From: Methanomicrobia archaeon
Lineage (GTDB): Archaea; Halobacteriota; Syntropharchaeia; Alkanophagales; Methanospirareceae
Length of the DNA: 64,000 bases
Direction of reading: 5' to 3'
NCBI GenBank assembly: GCA_011049045.1
Contig: DSCO01000060.1
Span: forward strand, 1,348-65,347
Positions 38,107-46,351 of the stretch are shown piece after piece (the first letter of the stretch is position 1; every line of letters begins with the position of its first letter). Both the position numbers and the translations under genes were made by a program. The notes under the pieces are model-generated. The model had not been told where the DNA came from. It worked only from the letters and a program-made list of their open reading frames with translations, and searched no databases.

Positions 38107-38952
38107 ATGGTGAAATTCAACTACCGCCTGATCGTGAGCCTCGTGCTCGTAAGCCTGCTGTGTGCAACCTCGTTCAGCGTCATCGGCTGGGCTGCAGATG
38201 AAACGCCCTTCATGAAGGTGACACCCACGGATATGCGGTTCGATGACGTGGGCGGACCCGAGCTGGTGAACGGTGGCAGTGAGGTCTCCATTAAGCTGGT
38301 GATGACGAACGTGAGCAAGGAGTTCGAGCGATCAACGCTCACGTTCCACTCCGAGTTGGAGAATGCCGTCGGTAGTATCAGTGGCGAGGGTTTGGTAGAG
38401 CAGGCGCTTAAATCCGGGAGCTCGTATACCCTGGAGCACAAGAAGCTTACGGGGGACGTGGTGGTCACCTGGTCGGGCGGAGCGCCGGACGTGGGTAAGC
38501 GCGAATCCTTCGTGTTCTTAGATATCACCCAGAAAACCTCTGAGGGCACGTATACCGTTTCTCATATCATCAAGGATGTTTCCTCTCAGACCATCGAGGA
38601 TGCGATTGCCGCATTCGATACCGCGAGTAAGGCGATTGCAAAGGCCAATACCGCGATCGCGGACGCTGAGCAGCGCGGTCTGGACGTGAGGGAGGCGGAG
38701 ACCCGCCGCGATCTGGCAAATGAGTACCTGAGCAACGCGCAACGGTTCTACGGCGAAGGCAGGGCTGAGGATGCGTTAGAAGAGGCCGAAAAAGCGGTCA
38801 AAACGGCACACGAGGCAGAAGCCAAGGCGGGCGCTGCGGTCAGTGGAAGAGCCTATCTCAATTATGGTGTCATCGCCGCGGTGATCATCGTTGCGGCGGT
38901 CGTCTTTGTGCTGCTCTTGCAGCAGCGGAATCGTAGGAGAGGCGTTTATTAA
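38107..38952 (+). CDS. Exported protein with C-terminal membrane anchor
   Basis: Signal-like N-terminus (LIVSLVLVSLLCATSFSVIGWA), beta-rich domain, Ala/Glu-rich helical region, and C-terminal TM plus basic tail (IAAVIIVAAVVFVLLLQQRNRRRGVY). The ATG is 7 nt after the cetZ stop, with GAGGTGA spanning the stop. Confidence 0.6.
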   Translation: MVKFNYRLIVSLVLVSLLCATSFSVIGWAADETPFMKVTPTDMRFDDVGGPELVNGGSEVSIKLVMTNVSKEFERSTLTFHSELENAVGSISGEGLVEQALKSGSSYTLEHKKLTGDVVVTWSGGAPDVGKRESFVFLDITQKTSEGTYTVSHIIKDVSSQTIEDAIAAFDTASKAIAKANTAIADAEQRGLDVREAETRRDLANEYLSNAQRFYGEGRAEDALEEAEKAVKTAHEAEAKAGAAVSGRAYLNYGVIAAVIIVAAVVFVLLLQQRNRRRGVY

Positions 38953-39000
38953 TTAGCCGCCCGCCAACTCGCTACGTGCGAAGCATCAGGTGGGGTGCGG

Positions 39001-39289
39001 ATGCAGCGAGGGGACTATCATCCGAACGCGTACCTGGAGCGGAGGAGGAACGTGATCGGGGGGGCTCGAGGCGCGAACACGGATACTCAATACGCTCGAT
39101 GATCGAGGTATGCTCACGGTGAATGAGCTTGCGGTACGGGCAGTTTTGAGTCCTTCGGTCTCCCGACACCATCTGCGCCTGCTGGAGGCCGAGCGGATCG
39201 TGAAGCGGCGCGGGAAACGGCCGTATACGTGGCGCATAACTGGCAAAGGCCAGAAACGACTGATCCCGGCAAACCGGCAGATATCATGA
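39001..39289 (+). pseudogene. Small ArsR/MarR-like winged-helix regulator split at a G7 homopolymer
   Basis: Frame 39056-39289 encodes RTRILNTLDDRGMLTVNELAVRAVLSPSVSRHHLRLLEAERIVKRRGKRPYTWRITGKG but has no start codon. ATG 39001 opens another frame that meets it at GGGGGGG (39058-39064). Confidence 0.4.
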
Positions 39290-39343
39290 GAGCACCAGGC
39301 GCTCTTTCGAGCGTTTTACGCGTTCCGCGGTGCTGCTCTACAT

Positions 39344-39355
39344 AAAGCTTTAATT
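39344..39355 (+). promoter_or_regulatory. BRE/TATA candidate upstream of tRNA-Ser
   Basis: AAAGCTTTAATT lies about 65 nt upstream of the mature tRNA 5' end. Confidence 0.35.
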
Positions 39356-39417
39356 CCCGTGGACATCATGTATTACTATCCGTGGCGGGAGCGTAGCGAA
39401 CGTAACGCACCCCTGTG

Positions 39418-39503
39418 GTCGGGATAGCCAAGTGGTCTAAGGCGGCAGGTTGCTAACCTGCTTCCCCTTACGGGGATCGAGGGTTCGAATCCCTCTCCCG
39501 GCG
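39418..39503 (+). tRNA. tRNA-Ser (anticodon GCU)
   Basis: Hand-folded. Acceptor GTCGGGA/TCCCGGC, D arm GCC..GGC, anticodon stem GCAGG/CCTGC with loop TTGCTAA, long variable arm CCCC-TTAC-GGGG, T arm GAGGG-TTCGAAT-CCCTC, discriminator G. No encoded CCA. Confidence 0.9.
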
Positions 39504-39506
39504 CTT

Positions 39507-40205
39507 ATGATTAATCCCGTCACGATTCTGTATGAGGCGGTTTTACAGCGAGATGTGGTGCGATCGCCTATCCCGTTGAAGCATATCCTCCTCGTGCTCG
39601 ACGAGACAGACATCCTCTCCAATCCTCGAGGCCTGGAGCTGTTTCGGCATTTTGTTCAGTGGTGCCATGAGCTGAACATCGACACGATTAGTGCGTATAT
39701 CAGCGTTATTCGCGCGGGTATGGAAAAAGAGGAGATCGGGACCGCACGTGATCGTCTGGCAAACGAGTTACAGGATCTACTCCGCGACAGTACTGTAGCA
39801 CTGACCATCTACGGTGCGCGTACCGGTGTAGAAGCGGAGACCACGGAAGCCTCGACCTACCTCCAGGAGTCGAGCACGAACGGACGCCGGGTAATCATCT
39901 CGCTGGGATTTACAGGGCGCAGCGAGCTGACAAAGGCTGCACGCGAGCTTGCCGCGCAGGTGAAAGCCGGGAAACTGGCACCGGACGAGATCGATGAGCG
40001 GCTGATCGAGTCGGAATTGCTCTTTAAGTCAGAGCCCGATCTCGTCATCCGGTCCGGTTCCACACAATTGATGGATTTCCTTATCTGGCAATCGGTCTAT
40101 ACTGAATTTTACTTCACCGATATGAACTGGGTGCACTTCAGGAAGATTGATCTTTTGCGCGCGGTGCGAGATTTCCAGTTACGCGAGCGGCGGTTTGGAC
40201 GGTGA
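39507..40205 (+). CDS. cis-Prenyltransferase (UppS) family protein with degenerate catalytic motifs
   Basis: The C-terminal half aligns with UppS (DLVIRSGSTQLMDFLIWQSVYTEFYF...RERRFGR). The N-terminal DGNRRWA and SxENWxR motifs are replaced (LDETDILS; AYISVIRAG). The ATG begins 3 nt after the tRNA. Confidence 0.7.
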   Translation: MINPVTILYEAVLQRDVVRSPIPLKHILLVLDETDILSNPRGLELFRHFVQWCHELNIDTISAYISVIRAGMEKEEIGTARDRLANELQDLLRDSTVALTIYGARTGVEAETTEASTYLQESSTNGRRVIISLGFTGRSELTKAARELAAQVKAGKLAPDEIDERLIESELLFKSEPDLVIRSGSTQLMDFLIWQSVYTEFYFTDMNWVHFRKIDLLRAVRDFQLRERRFGR

Positions 40206-40213
40206 TTTCCTGG

Positions 40214-41005
40214 CTATTCGACCACCACCATCTTCCGCATCCAAATACTCACCGCTTTGCGCGCCTGCTCGGGATTGGCAAAGTTCTTCTCGAGCTCGGG
40301 ATCGGCGGGCATGCCGATGAACGGGTTGATGGTTCGGTTCGCTACCTCAAGGATCCAGATCTGCGCGTTACGCACATCATGCTCTCGAACGAAGGAAATA
40401 AAGGGCGCCGGGGTCTTCTCCGTGGGAACCACCATCACCATCTCAGCCGCCGCTTCTCCTTCCGGTAGGCCGGGATGCATATCCATAAACGGTGGCACGA
40501 ACTTGATCGATGAGAAGATAGAGAGGCGGAGCCTATACTGTCGGGCGCCCTCTGACTTCTCTGCATACACCGCGAGAGTGCTGGTTTCAGCCGCCGCTGG
40601 CTCGCTCCGTATCACATAGCCGCACCGCTCCAGGAACTCCTGAAGCACGTCTCGCAACGTACTTAATGGACTTCGCAGTTTGGTCCAGCGGAGAAATGCC
40701 GACTCCAATTCCACCGCGAGGTAGCCATGGACGGGCAAGCAGTAAAAGACCTCGCCCTGATAGTTGATCTTCGTGCGCAGATCGGGTGAGAAGACGGATA
40801 CTTTCTCGGTGCTCGTAATGCTCGTGAAGATCTGTGCCTCTACAGTGCCCCCGAGATCTCGTTCCAGCCTCGCTCGTTCAGCAGTGCTCAGCGCGTGTAA
40901 GCAGTCCTGTATCTTCAGCTTGAGCTCGCCTTCTGAGAGCACTTTGTGCTTATTAATGTAGACGGAAAGGCGCTTGAAAATCTGTAACAGCGGTTCCTGG
41001 TTCAT
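40214..41005 (-). CDS. Hypothetical protein, translationally coupled to rnp4
   Basis: 263 aa. Its ATG overlaps the rnp4 stop (ATGA at 41002-41005). No family recognised. Confidence 0.55.
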   Translation of the reverse strand: MNQEPLLQIFKRLSVYINKHKVLSEGELKLKIQDCLHALSTAERARLERDLGGTVEAQIFTSITSTEKVSVFSPDLRTKINYQGEVFYCLPVHGYLAVELESAFLRWTKLRSPLSTLRDVLQEFLERCGYVIRSEPAAAETSTLAVYAEKSEGARQYRLRLSIFSSIKFVPPFMDMHPGLPEGEAAAEMVMVVPTEKTPAPFISFVREHDVRNAQIWILEVANRTINPFIGMPADPELEKNFANPEQARKAVSIWMRKMVVVE

Positions 41006-41367
41006 CGGTCGTCACTGGTGAACTCCTTTGGCTCGATGCCCGCTCGTCTCGACGACGGCGCACGCGGCGTTTTATACGGTCGTCGCATCTGCACGCCACA
41101 CCGCAAGCAGGTGGTCGTCAGGTACTCGCCCCGGAGCCGCACCCGTGCGGTCTTGCCCGGTATGAGCAGCCGGTGACAGCGCTTACAGAGCCGCATCTTC
41201 AGATGCTGCGGGATGCGCACCCGGTACCGCATCCCTAGTGCGCGTGCGAGCTGGGTATAGCGATCACTCCGCTGCTCCTGCCCCGCTTTTGCCGCGGTCT
41301 CCGCGAGCTCAAAGAGGCGCTCGATTCGCTCCACTGCAAGGTCTGCGATTTGTCTCTTCAGTCTCAT
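41002..41367 (-). CDS. rnp4: RNase P protein component 4 (Rpp21/Rpr2)
   Basis: 121 aa. N-terminal helical RIERLFELA...RYTQLAR, then zinc ribbon CKRCHRLLIPG...CLRCG. Confidence 0.8.
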   Translation of the reverse strand: MRLKRQIADLAVERIERLFELAETAAKAGQEQRSDRYTQLARALGMRYRVRIPQHLKMRLCKRCHRLLIPGKTARVRLRGEYLTTTCLRCGVQMRRPYKTPRAPSSRRAGIEPKEFTSDDR

Positions 41368-41522
41368 GCACCACTACCTGCCTGCAACAGTCTTAACTTA
41401 GTAAAGCACTGTTAAATAGCACCATCTGATTGCAAACCCCCTGAGCGGCGATCAGAACGAACTGGCTTCAAGCAGCGTTCGCACCTGAAACGGCGACCAA
41501 AAGAGGGCAAAGAAAGGATACC

Positions 41523-41999
41523 ATGGATGAGAATGACCGGTTAGCGTATCTGAAGAAGGCACGGGTAATCGCCGACTATCAATTCGGACGCGGAGCGGGA
41601 ACTGCCCTGTTCCCCCCTACCGTTGAATTCATCTTCTCGCGGACGCGCCGTATAGCGCAGATAAAAGACGGGCAGCGGCGCATAGCCACGCTCCGCAGTC
41701 TTGATGGCCTCTTCACTCTGGGCCGCGAAGGCGCGAAGCGGCTCCATCAGGTGCTCCCCTATCCACAGCTTCGCGTGGTGATGAACAAAGAGAGCAGCGG
41801 GTTCGTCCAGACCGGCGGAACCGCCTTTTGTAAGCATGTCGTGGATGCAGATCCACAGATACGCGCCTATGACGAGGTGCTTGTGGTCGACGAGCAGGAC
41901 CGATTACTGGCCACCGGGCGGGCAATGCTCACGCGTGAGGAGATGCGCTGCTTCCAGCACGGCGTTGCCGTCAAGGTGCGTTACGGTACGACGAAATGA
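41523..41999 (+). CDS. PUA-domain RNA-binding protein
   Basis: 158 aa. IADYQFGRGAG start and a C-terminal PUA-like segment (AYDEVLVVDEQDRLLATGRAMLTREEM). Confidence 0.65.
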   Translation: MDENDRLAYLKKARVIADYQFGRGAGTALFPPTVEFIFSRTRRIAQIKDGQRRIATLRSLDGLFTLGREGAKRLHQVLPYPQLRVVMNKESSGFVQTGGTAFCKHVVDADPQIRAYDEVLVVDEQDRLLATGRAMLTREEMRCFQHGVAVKVRYGTTK

Positions 42000-42078
42000 T
42001 CGCGCTGAGCTTGCACCTATCCGTAAATTCTTCCGAGTTACTGCATTTTTATAGAGGGGTGAACGAATAACATAGGGG

Positions 42079-42558
42079 ATGTTAGCGGAAGAGATCGGCT
42101 CGGCTTTACGGGGCAGTGGTCGCACCCTTGCCACCGCGGAGTCGTGCACCGGTGGGTTGGTGGGCGATCGGATAACCATGGTCTCCGGCAGCTCGGAGTA
42201 TTACAAAGGCGGCGTCGTTGCGTACGCGAATGACGTGAAGGCGGAGGTCTTACAGGTTGCACGTACGTTACTGGCGGAGAAAGGCGCGGTAAGCGCGGAA
42301 TGCGCCGTAGCGATGGCACAGGGTGTAAGAAAGCTGCTCAAGAGCGATATTGGCATTTCGACTACCGGTATTGCCGGTCCTACGGGCGGGACGCCTGAGA
42401 AGCCCGTTGGATTAGTTTATATAGCATTGGCAACAAAAGATTACGTAGCTCACGAAAAGCATATCTTCCACAGAGATAGGGAGGGAAACAAGCGAGAGGC
42501 GGCTGATGCCGTTCTGCAATTGCTGCTGAAATATATCTCTCAGAGAGCAATAATGTAA
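42079..42558 (+). CDS. pncC: Nicotinamide-nucleotide amidohydrolase (CinA C-terminal domain, PncC)
   Basis: [26 protein letters not shown] and [13 protein letters not shown] motifs. Confidence 0.85.
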   Translation: MLAEEIGSALRGSGRTLATAESCTGGLVGDRITMVSGSSEYYKGGVVAYANDVKAEVLQVARTLLAEKGAVSAECAVAMAQGVRKLLKSDIGISTTGIAGPTGGTPEKPVGLVYIALATKDYVAHEKHIFHRDREGNKREAADAVLQLLLKYISQRAIM

Positions 42559-42579
42559 GGTGAAGTACGAGAGGTAGAA

Positions 42580-42653
42580 GGGCTCGTAGCTCAGAAAGGT
42601 AGAGCAGCGGGCTTTTAACCCGTCGGTCGCGGGTTCAAATCCCGTCGAGCCCG
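42580..42653 (+). tRNA. tRNA-Lys (anticodon UUU)
   Basis: Hand-folded. Acceptor GGGCTCG/CGAGCCC, D arm GCTC..GAGC, anticodon loop CTTTTAA, T arm GCGGG-TTCAAAT-CCCGT. 74 nt, no CCA. Confidence 0.9.
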
Positions 42654-42681
42654 TCAGTCATCCATACGCTGAACTGAATGT

Positions 42682-42927
42682 ATGAAGAGGGGAAAGGTAT
42701 CCATTCTTGAACATGAGTTGGTGCCCAGACATGAGGTTCTGGGTGAGGACGAAGTAGCAGAGCTTTTAAGAACCTATAAGATACAAAAGGAGCAACTGCC
42801 GAAGATCAAAGCTACTGATCCCGTGATCAAAGAGCTCAAGGAAGCGGCTGTTGGTGATATCATTCGGGTACGGCGAGTAAGTAAAACAGCGGGTAAATCG
42901 GTATCGTATCGTCTGGTTATTGAGTAA
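42682..42927 (+). CDS. rpoH: DNA-directed RNA polymerase subunit H (Rpo5)
   Basis: 81 aa. HELVPRHEVL...DPVIKEL...GDIIRVRRVS is typical of RpoH. Immediately upstream of rpoB. Confidence 0.85.
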   Translation: MKRGKVSILEHELVPRHEVLGEDEVAELLRTYKIQKEQLPKIKATDPVIKELKEAAVGDIIRVRRVSKTAGKSVSYRLVIE

Positions 42928-42951
42928 TGAAGGTGGGAAGTGGGAGTGTGT

Positions 42952-45900
42952 ATGTTGGATAAGAGCGTTTTATCAAAGGCTTATTTAAAGCGGAAAAAGA
43001 TCGCACAACATCAGGTTGATTCCTTCAACTATTTCCTCAATGAGGGCATGCACCGCGTTATTGAGGAGCAGCCGTTCGTCGAGACCTCGATCAGTGGCGA
43101 AGACGACCTGGGAAAGTATTCGGTGGGCGTGCGATTTGGGAAGATCAGTGTCGGGCTCCCGAAATCACGTGAGGCGGACGGCTCCTCTGAAGAGATTTTC
43201 CCCTCTCAAGCGCGGCTCCGCAATCTTAAGTATGCCGCTCCGGTCTATCTGGAGATGCAGCTCATGCGGAAATACGAGCATGATGAGCTGGGTGTTAATG
43301 AGGAGAGCGAGCTGGAGACGGTGGAAATTGGCGAGATGCCGATCATGGTGAAGTCAGCGAAGTGCAATGTCTCCCGCGAGGTGCGTGAGGAGAAGTTGGA
43401 TCGGAAAATTTCTGACCAGGAGTACGAGGAATGGCTGAGGCACGAGGCAGGAGAAGATCCGCTCGATCCCGGCGGCTATTTCATCGTTAACGGATCCGAG
43501 CACGTGATCATCACGCTCGAAGATCTCGCACCGAACCGCATCTTCGTCAATTTCGAGGAGAAGTACGGGAGTAAAAGCGAGGTCTCAAAGCTCTTCTCGC
43601 TCAAGCAGGGCTTTCGGGTGCCAATTCGCGTGGAGATCAGTAAGAAGGACATAGTGGAGGTCTCCTTCCCCGCGGTGGGCAAGAAGATCGAGTTCGTGAC
43701 CTTGATGCGCGCTCTGGGGCTCGAGGACGACGCCGCCATTGTCAAAGCGGTCTCAGACGAACCCGAGATCCAGGAGCATGTCCGGGGCAACCTCCACGAG
43801 AGTAAGGTACGCACACAGGAGGAAGCAATCGAGAAACTGGGCCGTATGATCGCACCGACCCAGGCAAAGGAGTATCGCGAGAAGCGCGTCAATTACATCC
43901 TCGACCGCTATTTCTTCCCGCATCTCGCTGATAAGATCGCCAAGGCCCATTTCCTGGGTCGCATGGCAGAGTCCTGTTACGAGCTCTCGCTGGGGAAGCG
44001 CGGCGAGGATGATAAAGATCATTACGCGAACAAGCGCTTGAAGCTTGCCGGTGATTTGATGGAAGATCTCTTCCGGGTCTCGTTCACCAAGCTCATGCGC
44101 GATATGCGGTATCAGCTAGAACGGGCGCATATGCGTGCACGCGAGCTGAAGATATCCACGGCGATTCGGTCCGATGTGCTCACAGAACGGATCACACATG
44201 CGCTCGCGACCGGTAACTGGGTAGGAGGCCGCGCCGGTGTATCTCAACTGCTGGAGCGGAGCAACTTCGTCGCGACAGCGAGCCACTTGCGCCGGATCAT
44301 CTCGCCGCTCTCTCGGTCTCAGCCCCATTTCGAGGCCCGTGACCTTCATCCCACGCAATGGGGGAAGATCTGCCCGAGTGAGACGCCAGAAGGGCCCAAT
44401 TGTGGCCTGGTCAAGAACTTCTCGCAGATGGTCGAGATCTCGGTGGGTGAGGATGAAGAGCACTTCAAAGAACTTCTCTCTACGCTCGGGATCGTTCCGC
44501 CATCACGCTCATCAGAGCTCAGTGCGGAGAAGCTCATCCGCATCTTCGTCAACGGCGATTTCATCGGGTTTAGCAGATCGCCCGAACAATTCGTCGCAGA
44601 GGTGCGGCAGAGGCGCCGGGCTGGAGAGTTCTCCGACCAACTTAACATCGCTTACTATGCTGGCCGGCGTGATATTCTCATCAATTCTGATGGTGGTCGA
44701 GCACGCAGACCTGTTATCGTCGTTCAGAACGGCAAGGCGCTGGTCACTGAGTCGCACATCGCGAAACTGCGAACCGAGGAGATCAACTTCGATGACCTCG
44801 TCAAAACCGGGGTAATCGAGTATCTCGATGCGGAAGAGGAGGAGAACGCGCTGATCGCGGTGGAGGAGTCGGACCTGGATAAGGCGGATGGCAAGGACTA
44901 CACGCATCTGGAGATCGACCCCTCATTGATCCTGGGCGTGGTTGCGGGACTTATCCCCTTCCCCGATCACAATTCGTCTCCCCGGAACACGATGGGCGCA
45001 GCGATGCTGAAGCAGTCGCTGAGCCTTCCAACGGCGAATTATAAGTCGCGAACCGACACGCGGACACATGTACTGCAATATCCGCAGAAGCCGATCGTGA
45101 AGACGCGCACAGCAGACCTTATCCAGCACGAGAAGCGGCCTGCGGGCCAGAATTTCGTGCTCGCAGTCCTGAGCTATGAAGGATACAACATGGAAGATGC
45201 GTTGATCCTGAATCGCGCGGCCATCGATCGCGGATTGGGACGGAGCCACTTCTTCCGCACGTATGAAGGTGAGGAGATCCGGTATCCGGGTGGTGAAGAA
45301 GACCGATTTGAGATCCCTGATATGGAGATCGTCGGTGTGCGAAGCCACGATGCATATAAACAGCTCGACGAGGACGGCATTATCAACGCGGAGACCGAGG
45401 TGGCCCCGAACGATGTGCTCCTCGGGAAGACGAGTCCGCCACGGTTCTTGGAAGAGACGACCGAGCTGCTGAGCCCCCTGGAACGTCGCGACACCTCGAT
45501 CTGCACTCGCCCCAATGAGCAGGGGGTGGTCAGTTCAGTGGTGCTCATGGAATCGAGCAGCAATCGGCGACTGGCAAAGGTCACCGTCCGCGATCAGAAG
45601 ATCCCGGAGATCGGTGACAAGTTCGCATCACGACACGGCCAGAAGGGCGTGGTGGGGCTCATCGTGCCCCCCGAGGACCTGCCCTTTACGGCCGAAGGTC
45701 TCGTACCTGATTTGATTATCAATCCGCACGCGATCCCGTCACGAATGACCGTAGGCCACGTTTTGGAGATGATCGGCGGTAAAGCAGGCGCGTTGGACGG
45801 GCGCTATATCGATGCCACGGTCTTCTATGGTGAGCATGAGGACGAGTTGCGAGCGGCACTGGGCCGCGTGGGCTTCTCCAGCACCGGGCGAGAGACGATG

Positions 45901-46350
45901 TGGGACGGCATGACCGGCGAGAAGATCGAGGCTGAAGTCTTTATCGGTATTGCTTATTATCAAAAGTTGTATCATATCGTCTCTGCGAAGATGCATGCAC
46001 GCGCACGCGGACCGGTGCAGATACTGACCAGGCAGCCAACAGAGGGGAAAGCGAGAGAAGGCGGGCTTCGGTTCGGCGAGATGGAGCGCGATGTTCTCAT
46101 CGGATACGGTGCGGCGATCTCACTCAAGGACCGGCTCCTGGACGAGTCTGACAAGGTGGTCGAGCTCGTTTGCGGGAACTGCGGGATGATCGCCTCCACG
46201 GACAATAAGACCGGCTCGGTCTTTTGCCCCAACTGCGGCGCCGACACCGACATCTACCCCGTGGAGATGAGCTATGCCTTTAAGCTCCTGCTGGATGAGA
46301 TGAAAGCGCTCTGTATAGCGCCGCGATTACAATTGGAAGAGGCCGTCTGA
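42952..46350 (+). CDS. rpoB: DNA-directed RNA polymerase subunit B (single, unsplit ORF)
   Basis: About 1132 aa and continuous. [43 protein letters not shown] and a C-terminal Zn ribbon CGNCG...CPNCG. The track start 42940 (GTG) is an alternative. Confidence 0.95.
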   Translation: MLDKSVLSKAYLKRKKIAQHQVDSFNYFLNEGMHRVIEEQPFVETSISGEDDLGKYSVGVRFGKISVGLPKSREADGSSEEIFPSQARLRNLKYAAPVYLEMQLMRKYEHDELGVNEESELETVEIGEMPIMVKSAKCNVSREVREEKLDRKISDQEYEEWLRHEAGEDPLDPGGYFIVNGSEHVIITLEDLAPNRIFVNFEEKYGSKSEVSKLFSLKQGFRVPIRVEISKKDIVEVSFPAVGKKIEFVTLMRALGLEDDAAIVKAVSDEPEIQEHVRGNLHESKVRTQEEAIEKLGRMIAPTQAKEYREKRVNYILDRYFFPHLADKIAKAHFLGRMAESCYELSLGKRGEDDKDHYANKRLKLAGDLMEDLFRVSFTKLMRDMRYQLERAHMRARELKISTAIRSDVLTERITHALATGNWVGGRAGVSQLLERSNFVATASHLRRIISPLSRSQPHFEARDLHPTQWGKICPSETPEGPNCGLVKNFSQMVEISVGEDEEHFKELLSTLGIVPPSRSSELSAEKLIRIFVNGDFIGFSRSPEQFVAEVRQRRRAGEFSDQLNIAYYAGRRDILINSDGGRARRPVIVVQNGKALVTESHIAKLRTEEINFDDLVKTGVIEYLDAEEEENALIAVEESDLDKADGKDYTHLEIDPSLILGVVAGLIPFPDHNSSPRNTMGAAMLKQSLSLPTANYKSRTDTRTHVLQYPQKPIVKTRTADLIQHEKRPAGQNFVLAVLSYEGYNMEDALILNRAAIDRGLGRSHFFRTYEGEEIRYPGGEEDRFEIPDMEIVGVRSHDAYKQLDEDGIINAETEVAPNDVLLGKTSPPRFLEETTELLSPLERRDTSICTRPNEQGVVSSVVLMESSSNRRLAKVTVRDQKIPEIGDKFASRHGQKGVVGLIVPPEDLPFTAEGLVPDLIINPHAIPSRMTVGHVLEMIGGKAGALDGRYIDATVFYGEHEDELRAALGRVGFSSTGRETMWDGMTGEKIEAEVFIGIAYYQKLYHIVSAKMHARARGPVQILTRQPTEGKAREGGLRFGEMERDVLIGYGAAISLKDRLLDESDKVVELVCGNCGMIASTDNKTGSVFCPNCGADTDIYPVEMSYAFKLLLDEMKALCIAPRLQLEEAV

Positions 46351-46351
46351 G

